A stretch of DNA of 64,000 bases from Methanobacteriota archaeon (GTDB lineage Archaea > Thermoplasmatota > Poseidoniia > MGIII > CG-Epi1): NCBI GenBank assembly GCA_014240055.1, contig JAAZXP010000002.1:10040-74039 (forward strand), written 5' to 3'. Of this stretch, positions 10,024-18,723 are shown piece after piece. The notes beneath the pieces were generated by a model, which ran no database searches, was not told where the DNA came from, and saw only the letters and a program-made list of their open reading frames with translations. Both the position numbers and the translations under genes were made by a program. The number at the start of each line of letters is the position of its first letter. Position 1 is the stretch's first letter.

Positions 10024-10908
10024 TTAATCATCACTAGGTTCTTCTTGCTTACTTAATAAATTTTTAATATTCTTCAGATGTTCAACGCCCGTATCTGATT
10101 GTATATTCTCAGTTATCAAATCTCTGACTTTACTAGGTGAAGGAACACCAAAGAGACAATCATGCGGATTGTGTCTGATTCTTTTAGAAGAACTGCGTGA
10201 ACCACCTGCAAGACCAATGCTTCCTAATCCTTTTACTTCAGCCCCTGAACCTGCAATCATCATGGATTCATCAGTTCCAGTTCCAAGGCCCGAACCTGTG
10301 AGAGGTAAGACTGTACCGTAGCCAAAAATAGTACCAAACACTCCTTGTTCCATTTTTATATCTTCAATATGATTATAACGAACTTGGCGTTCACTATTAT
10401 TCATTAGAAAACTGCTTCTAAGAACTATTCTATTGTTAGTAAGATAATAAGTAAAAGAACGTCGATAGGCATTAACTGAAAACATTCCCAAGAATCCAAT
10501 CACTGCTGTTAAACTAGGTATAAACCAGCGCCCAAAATCCATTGTACCTCCCATTTTCCAAGCGTGATAAGACATAACTATTATTCCAAAGAATGCAACT
10601 CCACTATAGAGACGGAAAATACTCTGGCCACCTGAATCCAAGAAAAAATAGCGTGCCAAAAATCCAACAATAAATAAACCTAAAGACCAGATAACAGTAC
10701 CTGCTAAAACTTCACTATCTTTCAAAAATCCCTCGATAAGACTATACAAAGGAAATCCTGAGAATTTATCCATAGCAAAAAAATCATAAATTATGTAAGC
10801 CCACACCAATAATAAAAAGAAAACAATATACAAATAAAAGAATGAAAAAACATGAGGGCGCAATTGCATTTTCAATTCTTCATCACTCAATAATACTAAA
10901 TCAGACAT
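10024..10908 (-). CDS. membrane protein with bacterial-type PH (YdbS/YdbT-like) domain and Gly/Ser-rich C-terminal tail
   Basis: Several TM helices followed by LTNNRIVLRSSF...VRYNHIEDIKMEQGVFG, which resembles the bPH_2 fold. Confidence 0.45.
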   Translation of the reverse strand: MSDLVLLSDEELKMQLRPHVFSFFYLYIVFFLLLVWAYIIYDFFAMDKFSGFPLYSLIEGFLKDSEVLAGTVIWSLGLFIVGFLARYFFLDSGGQSIFRLYSGVAFFGIIVMSYHAWKMGGTMDFGRWFIPSLTAVIGFLGMFSVNAYRRSFTYYLTNNRIVLRSSFLMNNSERQVRYNHIEDIKMEQGVFGTIFGYGTVLPLTGSGLGTGTDESMMIAGSGAEVKGLGSIGLAGGSRSSSKRIRHNPHDCLFGVPSPSKVRDLITENIQSDTGVEHLKNIKNLLSKQEEPSDD

Positions 10909-10959
10909 ATGCTTCCAGAAGGTGGGGTGCTTAAAACATTTTCATATTACTCTAACATT

Positions 10960-11300
10960 TATTTATCGCTCTGTATCTGAAGAAACTAAGTCAATATCAT
11001 GCGAAGAAAGATTATAAAGAAAAAAAAAGATAATGAAGCTAGTGAAACACTTTCGAAACTAAAAGGTGGAAAAGAGCTTGAAATAGCTGAAGTTATTCTT
11101 AAAGAGTTAGCTCAAAGAAAAAAAAGGAAAACTGAAATTAGGAATAAAACAAATAATTTGGAAAATATTAAAAAAAAAGAAAAAAAAAATAAAATTACCA
11201 CTGAAAGATGAAGAATACGAAAAGAAGAAAAGAATAAAAGAACTTGAAAATCTAAAAAAAATAGGAATTATTAAGGCCAGTGAGTTTGAAAAATTAAAAA
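10960..11300. repeat. A-rich low-complexity tract with multiple poly(A) runs (A8-A10)
   Basis: Runs such as gaaaaaaaaagat, agaaaaaaaagg and aaaaaaaaagaaaaaaaaaat. Two short K/E-rich reading frames lie in different frames (10999..11211, and a continuation from ~11213 ending at the TAG near 11316). Confidence 0.5.
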
Positions 11301-11306
11301 AAGATC

Positions 11307-12197
11307 TTATGAACTAGAATTTGATTCAGATAATGCTACAGTATATACTCCATAAAGAACTATTAAACCTCCAAACAAAACTCCAAAACTTGGTATCTCA
11401 TCAAATATTAACCATGCTAAAAGACCAGAGCCAATGGGCTCAACAAGTAAGGTTATAGAAATTACATAAGCTGGTAAAAAGGCAAGTGCCCAATTTTGCA
11501 TAGTGTGGCCCAGTAAAGTTGGAACTAAAGCCATTAATAAAAATAATTGAAATTCAGAATTGGAAACTTGTTGATATTCCAATCCCTGCATGAAAACGAC
11601 AGCCCACATAGCTAATGCACTTGATAGGTAAACAATGAATGCATAAGTAGGTAGACTAATCTTCTTACGATGTTTACGCCCTCCAAGATAATACAAACCT
11701 GCAAGTATACCTGAAATAAATGCCAAAAGATTGCCTTTAAAATTACCAGGATCTTGAACTAGATCACCCCAGAAAAGAATAATAATTCCAGATATAGCAA
11801 ACAACGTCCCAAGTATTCCCTTTTGATTAAGCCTTTCACCAAAAACTAGCCAACCAATAATCGAAACATAAACAATATGGCAAGTCCCTAAAAGAACTGA
11901 GGCTGCAACTGATGTTGCTTTAACAGAAGAAATCCAAAATCCAAAATGTGCACCTAAAAGAAGACCAATTATTATTAGTTCTATAATTTCATTATATTTT
12001 AATGAAAAAATCTCTTTAAATTTGTCTTGAATTAAAAAAGGTAAGAATAATAGTGTCGCAAATGTTTGTCTGTAAGAACCAATAACCAAAGGTTCACTGC
12101 TACTCCACCTTATGAGAATTGCAGAAGTTGAAATCGCAAAAATGCCAATTATCAATGCAAAATATGCTCTTTTCTTATCATTTACTTCAATATTCAT
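11307..12197 (-). CDS. EamA/DMT-family transporter
   Basis: 296 aa with about 10 TM helices arranged as two EamA-like halves. Confidence 0.65.
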   Translation of the reverse strand: MNIEVNDKKRAYFALIIGIFAISTSAILIRWSSSEPLVIGSYRQTFATLLFLPFLIQDKFKEIFSLKYNEIIELIIIGLLLGAHFGFWISSVKATSVAASVLLGTCHIVYVSIIGWLVFGERLNQKGILGTLFAISGIIILFWGDLVQDPGNFKGNLLAFISGILAGLYYLGGRKHRKKISLPTYAFIVYLSSALAMWAVVFMQGLEYQQVSNSEFQLFLLMALVPTLLGHTMQNWALAFLPAYVISITLLVEPIGSGLLAWLIFDEIPSFGVLFGGLIVLYGVYTVALSESNSSS

Positions 12198-12200
12198 AAT

Positions 12201-13499
12201 TTAATAATTCATTAAAGATAGAGGTGTAGATAAATGTCTACGTGATGAAGCTGGAGGTTCATACCATTTTAATTCTAAGCCTGAACTTACTTCAACCATT
12301 TTAGGCCTATCATATTTATTACTACATGATTTACAACGATAGTATGAGTCTTTACCAGAAGAATGCGTTCTTTGTCCACAATCACAAATTGGATTTGCTG
12401 GTTTTGAAAATCTAGGGACTAATGTTAAAATCCTTAACTTTTCTAAATTTATTGTTCTGTTATTAACACTTCCACATATTATTAATGAATCTCCAATTTC
12501 TAATTTATCTACAATTTGCCTGAAGTTTTTAGTTGGTTCAAAGGCAGCACATTTGACAGTATGATTTGATCTATCCTTTACTTCAAAAAACCGATGTCCT
12601 CCTTTTATAATATCGACCTTTGTAGTTACTGAGACTTCTAAATTGACACTATCACCATCGTTAATATCATTGATTTCTTTATGTCTAAGATGATCATCAG
12701 TAGCTTGGTTTGTTTTGTACAATAACCATCTGGAAGGTGTTTCAGGACCCAATTTTTCAAAGTTTTCAATTAAATTGGTATCATTGGTGCCTCTGAACCC
12801 CCACAAAACCGGACATGGAGAGTGGGGGACCATCGCTATTTTACCATCTAAATCAGTACATGAAAATACGGTATCAATATCTGATACTCTTTGCACTGTT
12901 GATAACTCAATATTTCTTTTTTTCCCCCAATTATTTTGATTTCTATACCCTATCAACTCCCATGTATGGGAAATCCCATTAATCTTACTAAAATTACCGG
13001 ACCAAGCTAATGAACAAGCCGCTCCAAAAATACCTCGTGAGCCTCTTAATCCGGTTGATAATGTCCCTTCTGTTGATTCTAAAAGCATTTCTTTAGTAAC
13101 TATGCTACTTACTCCTTGCCAATACAAACCCTCAGGAAGAAAAGAATCTGAAATTACAATACCAGGTTCAGAATCGGGCATAGAATGCTTATTCATTAAA
13201 GTTAGAATTCTAGCCATAATTTGTTCTTTATCATATTTTTTTTCTTTTCCTTTTTCAAAAGTAAAAATTGAATTATTCTCAATACTACCTATCTGCTTTT
13301 TTCGCCCTATACCTTTGCCAAATACTAAAGCCACCGCACCATTTCCTCTTGTTTTCCACGGCACATTTGGATTTAATCGAACAAGACGGGGGTGGCCTAT
13401 CAAATCAAATTCTGGTAATTCTCTAATAATTTCAGTAGCTAACCATGTCGTACACCCTCCTTTTACAGAATCTGTATCATCAATACCTATGTGTAACAT
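12201..13499 (-). CDS. tiaS: tRNA(Ile2) 2-agmatinylcytidine synthetase
   Basis: N-terminal MLHIGIDDTDS motif characteristic of TiaS kinase domains, and a C-terminal zinc ribbon CDCG...CKSC. 432 aa. Confidence 0.8.
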   Translation of the reverse strand: MLHIGIDDTDSVKGGCTTWLATEIIRELPEFDLIGHPRLVRLNPNVPWKTRGNGAVALVFGKGIGRKKQIGSIENNSIFTFEKGKEKKYDKEQIMARILTLMNKHSMPDSEPGIVISDSFLPEGLYWQGVSSIVTKEMLLESTEGTLSTGLRGSRGIFGAACSLAWSGNFSKINGISHTWELIGYRNQNNWGKKRNIELSTVQRVSDIDTVFSCTDLDGKIAMVPHSPCPVLWGFRGTNDTNLIENFEKLGPETPSRWLLYKTNQATDDHLRHKEINDINDGDSVNLEVSVTTKVDIIKGGHRFFEVKDRSNHTVKCAAFEPTKNFRQIVDKLEIGDSLIICGSVNNRTINLEKLRILTLVPRFSKPANPICDCGQRTHSSGKDSYYRCKSCSNKYDRPKMVEVSSGLELKWYEPPASSRRHLSTPLSLMNY

Positions 13500-13504
13500 T
13501 TAGA

Positions 13505-14086
13505 TTATTCGAAAATGAATACTCCCTTAGCCCATTGTGGTTGAATTCGAGACTCGGTAAGATATGCTAGATTAATATTAAAATTAGCAGCCGTTCCTGC
13601 AGGAATGTAGGGTAATTCTCCAACTAAACTATAAATCAAAATATCAGTTTGTCCACGCTGATGAAGTAAATGGAGTAATTTTACAAGGTCGATTGAAAAA
13701 TCAGTACTTGATGATTTAACGGCATTAGACCAATCAATACCTATGGTAATATCTTCTGCATAAACTAAAGCTGCATCTAATTCATTAAAACCTTGTAAAT
13801 TTCTTAGAGGAAGAACCACCTGCCCTCTATCTAACATAAGTAAATCAATAATATCTTCACCCCATGTTAATCCAAAGTCCACATATATTTTATTCTCTGG
13901 ATTCAATTTTAAAGATGAAGGGTTGGGGCGATTTCTAAGTATTCCACCCATATCCCAAATTAGTATTGGTTCATCAGTCTCTGGAACTGAAATCTCTTGA
14001 CTAGAAGACATGAAATTAATAGTATCCAAGTCCCAAATTGGCTTAACCCTCTTACCTTGATTATAAGCCATTGCAGTCCAAACCAT
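13505..14086 (-). CDS. hypothetical protein conserved between tiaS and archease
   Basis: 193-aa ORF with no recognisable motif. Tightly packed between tiaS (5-nt gap) and archease. Confidence 0.35.
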   Translation of the reverse strand: MVWTAMAYNQGKRVKPIWDLDTINFMSSSQEISVPETDEPILIWDMGGILRNRPNPSSLKLNPENKIYVDFGLTWGEDIIDLLMLDRGQVVLPLRNLQGFNELDAALVYAEDITIGIDWSNAVKSSSTDFSIDLVKLLHLLHQRGQTDILIYSLVGELPYIPAGTAANFNINLAYLTESRIQPQWAKGVFIFE

Positions 14087-14120
14087 TTTTAGGCAGGAAC
14101 ATGTATCGATTTACCTCTTT

Positions 14121-14540
14121 CTAAAGATCTAATATTAATTTAATTTTAGAAGGTGGACCTTCTGAGACATTTAGCATGTGATAAGAAATAGCCTTTATTT
14201 CAACACCATACCCATGCTTCTTTTCGTTATATTTTTCCCCATGTATTTTTCCTTTTAATTTCTTATTCTTATCCATTATAATCTGAAGATTTGTAGAGCC
14301 AACTATAAAATTCTCCGTATCAAAAAGAAAAATTAGATGAGATATATAACGAATTAATAAATTATCTAAATCAATACCTTCCAAATCTATACTATGGAAA
14401 GACTTCAAGTTGGGTAAATTACCGCCAGTAATTATCTCAGTAAAGGCCAAACTAACTTCGTCAAAAGCTTCAGATAAATTTTCACCTTTAACCTCAATCC
14501 CAGCATCGGCAGTATGTTCAAAGATTTTTCTCAATATAGG
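14121..14540 (-). CDS. archease (RtcB tRNA-ligase activator)
   Basis: Contains IFEHTADAGIEVKG, the archease signature FEHTADxG. The tracked ORF (to 14591) runs 27 nt into the tRNA gene and has no ATG/GTG/TTG start after the tRNA, so the true start is unresolved. Confidence 0.7.
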   Translation of the reverse strand, partial: PILRKIFEHTADAGIEVKGENLSEAFDEVSLAFTEIITGGNLPNLKSFHSIDLEGIDLDNLLIRYISHLIFLFDTENFIVGSTNLQIIMDKNKKLKGKIHGEKYNEKKHGYGVEIKAISYHMLNVSEGPPSKIKLILDL

Positions 14541-14564
14541 GTTAAAACGCTTTCTTAATAAAAA

Positions 14565-14642
14565 TGGTAGCGGGGGATGGATTTGAACCATCGATCTCCG
14601 GGTTATGAGCCCGACGGGATTTCCTAGCTACCCCACCCCGCT
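14565..14642 (-). tRNA. initiator tRNA-Met (anticodon CAT), CCA encoded
   Basis: The reverse complement folds as a cloverleaf. Acceptor stem AGCGGGG/CCCCGCT has an A1:U72 pair. D-loop contains A14 and GG. Anticodon stem TCGGG/CCCGG carries three consecutive G:C pairs next to the loop CTCATAA. T-arm GATGG-TTCAAAT-CCATC, discriminator A, and a 3' CCA at 14565-14567. A1:U72 plus the triple G:C anticodon stem are archaeal/eukaryal initiator hallmarks. Confidence 0.85.
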
Positions 14643-14749
14643 ATGCTAAACTAGGACAAATCTGGCTCTGGAGTATCCCACTCTAGATGGCCTTGATATA
14701 AAAACTTGTCAGAGGTAACTAATAAATATATTACTATGATAAACTTAGT

Positions 14750-15268
14750 GTGGATAATGGAACGGCCTTAGAAGAAATTAAAAAACAAATAGAAAGTTTA
14801 GAGAGTAATCAGATTATTCTAATAGTAGTGGTTGCTGTAATATTACTCTATCTTGTTCTAACAAAAACACAAAGAGGTAGAGACGTGAGAAAAAAATTTA
14901 GAATTCTACCTAAGCTAATTCCATTAGAAGATGAATATGAAGCGGAAATTGAAGAACCAGAAAATCTTGATGGTAGTAACAGGCAACTCAAAGGAGAAAT
15001 TATTGAAAATGAACATGATATTCTGAATAGACTATTGGGAAATAACGAACCAGAAAAATTAGATGGATTTAATGAAGAAGATGCCGTAATTTTTAAAGAA
15101 CAAGAAGAAACAATACCACTTCCTAATCAAAATTTTGAAGATATGAAAGATCATAATAACTCTGCAAGTGAAAACCAAGAATACTGTGCCTCATGCAATA
15201 AACCGGTGAAAACTGAATGGAAAGCCTGCCCTTTTTGTGGTGAATTTCTCGAGATTTATGAAGACTAA
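14750..15268 (+). CDS. small membrane-anchored protein with cytoplasmic C-terminal zinc ribbon
   Basis: GTG start. One TM helix (IILIVVVAVILLYLVL), an acidic linker, and a C-terminal CASCNKPVKTEWKACPFCG. Its 3' end overlaps the convergent gene 15265..17451 by 4 nt. Confidence 0.45.
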   Translation: MDNGTALEEIKKQIESLESNQIILIVVVAVILLYLVLTKTQRGRDVRKKFRILPKLIPLEDEYEAEIEEPENLDGSNRQLKGEIIENEHDILNRLLGNNEPEKLDGFNEEDAVIFKEQEETIPLPNQNFEDMKDHNNSASENQEYCASCNKPVKTEWKACPFCGEFLEIYED

Positions 15269-17451
15269 TTATTATTTCTTCTGCGTTGCAGAATAGTAAC
15301 TAATGTTAATAACAATAATGTGGGCATGTACCCTAACGCTGGTAAGGATGAGTCATTATTATCTCCGCCATTCCCACTTGTGGTTTGCTCACTTACTGTT
15401 AAACGAATATCAAGAGAATTATCAGATAATGAATAAATTGATTCAGAAACTGCTTGCTCAAAGTCTACTTTAATTTTTAAAAGTGTAAAACCCGAAGATG
15501 GGTTTGACCAAGTTAATATTACTGGTTCATTACCAAAGCCACTGATGCCTTGTTCCAACTTATATTCATCTACCACTTTTTGACCTGCATACAACTTAAT
15601 ACCAAAAGGTACTGTACTTTTACCACCATTATTGTAAACTGTTAATCTTATTTGTACCGGTTCTGTAGAACTTAAATCGTCTTCTGTTAGAAGAGAGAAT
15701 GGCTTACCATTGATAGAAACGTCTTCAATATTAACTGCTAAATCTGAAATTCTATCAAGTGGAATATCTATTATTATTTCTGAAGACAGAGTTGCAGAGC
15801 CATCGCCCGGGGAAATTGAATCTGCTGTTAAAAGAAGACCTATCGGATCACCTAAACTATTTTCGTAATTTAACGGCCTTAATACCAAATCTATTTTTTG
15901 TGTTTGAGACTTGTCTATAGTTACTGCCGAAATCTCAGTCCCATCAATCTCTATGCGTATAGACCAATCACTACGAGCAGTTGTAGCATCTAACCGATAT
16001 GTGTCCTTATCGCTACCAGTATTTCTCAAATTAATACTGAAATAATAATAACCATCAATATCCAAAGCTTCTGGATCTACATTTATTTTATCAGGAGGTG
16101 AAAGAAATACTACGCCGTATGTTCTAACTGTAGCATCTAACTTAATGCTCTCAGAAACTGCAGAATTACTTGTTGAAGTCACAATTATGTTTACTGACTC
16201 TTTACTTCCTCCAGGTGCTGAAACTGGAGCTTCAATCTTAACTTGAACGTAATTGTACAAGTCCATTCCAATATCAAGGCTTGATTGTGAAGTTAATGTT
16301 GCTTCCCAATTTGAGGGTAACGAATTATCATCTAATTCTATAGTAAATATGTCTCGTGTATTGCCTCTATTGTATACTAAGAATTCAAAGTCGACCTTAC
16401 CTCCCTTTGGTAACTGTCCAGAAGGACTATAATTCTCACTGAACTCTATTTCTAATCCATATTCATCAACAATCAGCTCATAGTCTATAGTGGCACTCCA
16501 CATATTTCCATAAGCGTCCTCAATTGAAAACTCAATTTCATAAGTTCCAGTTACTATGTCTTGATCTTCTTGATAATACCAAGTTCCTTGGATATATTTA
16601 GCATAAGTATGCTTATCTTTAACTAAAATTGAATTTTGAAATTTCCCTCCGTTGGAAACTCCCTTAATTTCAATGTTAGCACTCTCTGAATCTAAATTAT
16701 CGGCACCTAAAGCATTTGAGACGTTTACCTTGATAAACAAACTGTCTGCACTCATTTCTTCGACACGGTCATTACTAAAATAACCTAAGTAATCATTCGC
16801 AATTTCCACATGTCTAACATTCATCATAAATGAAGAATCACATGCTACAGTCCCTGAATCATTGCCACAACCTCTACTTGAACCTGCCTTGACCCAAGCT
16901 GTTCGATTGTCTGTATCTGGAGCCCATGTAACGCTTGTTTCAAGCTTAAACCCAATCGTCGTGTAAGCTGGAACTCCATCAGGGAAATCACTAGTGTCTA
17001 TTGAAGAACTTTCTAATTCTAAAGTATAATTTCTACTTAAAAAGGCACCAAATCCAGAGGTTTTTGTGACTTCATCAACCGAAATATTTGACATGCCCTC
17101 AGATGTTGAAATAAATAATGTAGTGCGAAACCTAATTTCTTGAACATTTGTTGATTCAACCCATATAATATAACTCATGGAATCGCCCAAGTTAATAGGC
17201 CCTCCAAGATTCATTTCCCATGAAACTAATGGATAAAATGAATTTTCTTGGCCTGGCTCATCATAAGCTTTCCAATACTTTGGTTTTTCAGATGTAGGCT
17301 CTTCTGTAGTTAGCTCATAGGTATCTCCAAAACCGGCCTTATCAAAATAAATCTCAATGTCAGCATATTCATTACTCTCAGCTTGTGAAGGTCCTGCCAT
17401 AATCAAAAAAGCAAGAACACAAAGCGATAGGGTTTGCCAGAAATGTTGCAT
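15265..17451 (-). CDS. large secreted cell-surface protein with C-terminal membrane anchor
   Basis: 728 aa with an N-terminal signal peptide (CVLAFLIMAGPSQA). Many N-x-S/T sequons and beta-rich repeats. C-terminus is ...SSLPALGYMPTLLLLTLVTILQRRRNNN (TM helix plus basic tail). Confidence 0.55.
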   Translation of the reverse strand: MQHFWQTLSLCVLAFLIMAGPSQAESNEYADIEIYFDKAGFGDTYELTTEEPTSEKPKYWKAYDEPGQENSFYPLVSWEMNLGGPINLGDSMSYIIWVESTNVQEIRFRTTLFISTSEGMSNISVDEVTKTSGFGAFLSRNYTLELESSSIDTSDFPDGVPAYTTIGFKLETSVTWAPDTDNRTAWVKAGSSRGCGNDSGTVACDSSFMMNVRHVEIANDYLGYFSNDRVEEMSADSLFIKVNVSNALGADNLDSESANIEIKGVSNGGKFQNSILVKDKHTYAKYIQGTWYYQEDQDIVTGTYEIEFSIEDAYGNMWSATIDYELIVDEYGLEIEFSENYSPSGQLPKGGKVDFEFLVYNRGNTRDIFTIELDDNSLPSNWEATLTSQSSLDIGMDLYNYVQVKIEAPVSAPGGSKESVNIIVTSTSNSAVSESIKLDATVRTYGVVFLSPPDKINVDPEALDIDGYYYFSINLRNTGSDKDTYRLDATTARSDWSIRIEIDGTEISAVTIDKSQTQKIDLVLRPLNYENSLGDPIGLLLTADSISPGDGSATLSSEIIIDIPLDRISDLAVNIEDVSINGKPFSLLTEDDLSSTEPVQIRLTVYNNGGKSTVPFGIKLYAGQKVVDEYKLEQGISGFGNEPVILTWSNPSSGFTLLKIKVDFEQAVSESIYSLSDNSLDIRLTVSEQTTSGNGGDNNDSSLPALGYMPTLLLLTLVTILQRRRNNN

Positions 17452-17505
17452 TATTGTATAACCTTATTACACACGCTATTAAAGTTTCGTTAAAAAATGT
17501 ATGGA

Positions 17506-18723
17506 TTATCTAAAAAGATTATGTCCAGTACTTATATTGGTAACCTGACAATCTTCAGCAATAAGTTCTCCTCTTCTATAAACTTGTGAGGGAAATATGG
17601 CTGGCCAATCTTCAAATGGCGTCCAATTTGCATTGGAATGTAACTTGTCTAAATCTATTGGTTGGCTATTTTTCATATCAACTATCATAAAATCTGCAGT
17701 TAAACCTTGCGAAATACGACCTCTCTCTAAACTTAGACGTGATGCTGGAGCTTCAGACATTGCATTGATTAAACGAGACATTTCAAGACGTCCTTCTGAA
17801 ACCTCATTCAGCATTAGCGGTATCATAGTTTCGACGCCAGGTAGTCCCGAAGGTGGCGTATCTGACCGTTTTTCACTTATAGTGTGTGGTGCATGATCAC
17901 TAGCAAGAATCGGAATTTGTCCTTCTCGAAATGCATTATACAGTGTACTATTGTCATTACGTGTTCTTAATGGAGGGTCCACTTTACAATCCATTGATTG
18001 ACAATTCTCCAAATTCAGAAGTAAATGGTGTGGGCAAACTTCTGAACTAGCTAAGCTAGGCATATTATTCAATCCATCTTCAGTAGACAAATGTGCGACA
18101 TGCAAGTATGATGAAGAGGGCATTGAAGATAAACATTCAGATTCGGCATTATGACGGTTTTTGGTGTGATCTGCTAATTCTTTGAGAGGTTCATCATACA
18201 TGTGATCGGGATGCTCTCCATGTATCACTAAAGGTTTGTTAGTTTTTTCCAAAATTTCTCTAGCATTAGAAAAATACTGTTCAGATGTAATACCATAAGG
18301 ATATAATTTCCAGAATGCAGAAGGTATAGTATCAAACCACTCTTTATCGGCTAATCCTTCTTCTACATTAACTCCAAGACCAAAATCAACTACTGATTTA
18401 GAGGAAGCTATAGCTTCTTTTTCGTTAAAAGTAGTGACGTCTGAAGTAAAAGGATTCGTATTAGGCATATCTACAACTGCAGTAACACCACCACATGCAG
18501 CAGACTCAGAACCACTTTTCCAATCTTCCTTGTGCGGATAACCGGGATCTCTAAAATGTACATGCATATCTAATGCACTTGGTAACATAATTCCCTTAAA
18601 TTTGATTATTTTATCTCCTTTGAGACTAGATTTTACTATCTTTATTTTACCATTTTCAATACCAACACAGGTATCTGTCAATCCCTTGTTTGGAATCCAA
18701 ACTTTACCTTCAAAGACGTCCAT
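17506..18723 (-). CDS. pyrC: dihydroorotase (amidohydrolase superfamily)
   Basis: Metal-binding signature LDMHVHFRDPG, and later HVAHLS. 405 aa. Allantoinase/hydantoinase cannot be fully excluded. Confidence 0.6.
   Translation of the reverse strand: MDVFEGKVWIPNKGLTDTCVGIENGKIKIVKSSLKGDKIIKFKGIMLPSALDMHVHFRDPGYPHKEDWKSGSESAACGGVTAVVDMPNTNPFTSDVTTFNEKEAIASSKSVVDFGLGVNVEEGLADKEWFDTIPSAFWKLYPYGITSEQYFSNAREILEKTNKPLVIHGEHPDHMYDEPLKELADHTKNRHNAESECLSSMPSSSYLHVAHLSTEDGLNNMPSLASSEVCPHHLLLNLENCQSMDCKVDPPLRTRNDNSTLYNAFREGQIPILASDHAPHTISEKRSDTPPSGLPGVETMIPLMLNEVSEGRLEMSRLINAMSEAPASRLSLERGRISQGLTADFMIVDMKNSQPIDLDKLHSNANWTPFEDWPAIFPSQVYRRGELIAEDCQVTNISTGHNLFR

Noticed and set aside
10999-11211. The 70-aa K/E-rich ORF as a bona fide gene (e.g. 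a ribosomal or chromatin protein).
   Set aside because: Composition is almost entirely K/E/N from poly(A) DNA. The frame breaks at a homopolymer and there is no flanking promoter/SD signal. It is treated as low-complexity sequence and described only in a finding.
14565-14642. Reading the CAT-anticodon tRNA as tRNA-Ile2 (the TiaS substrate) because tiaS is 1 kb away.
   Set aside because: The A1:U72 terminal pair and three consecutive G:C pairs at the base of the anticodon stem are initiator-tRNA identity elements. Elongator and Ile2 tRNAs in archaea have G1:C72.
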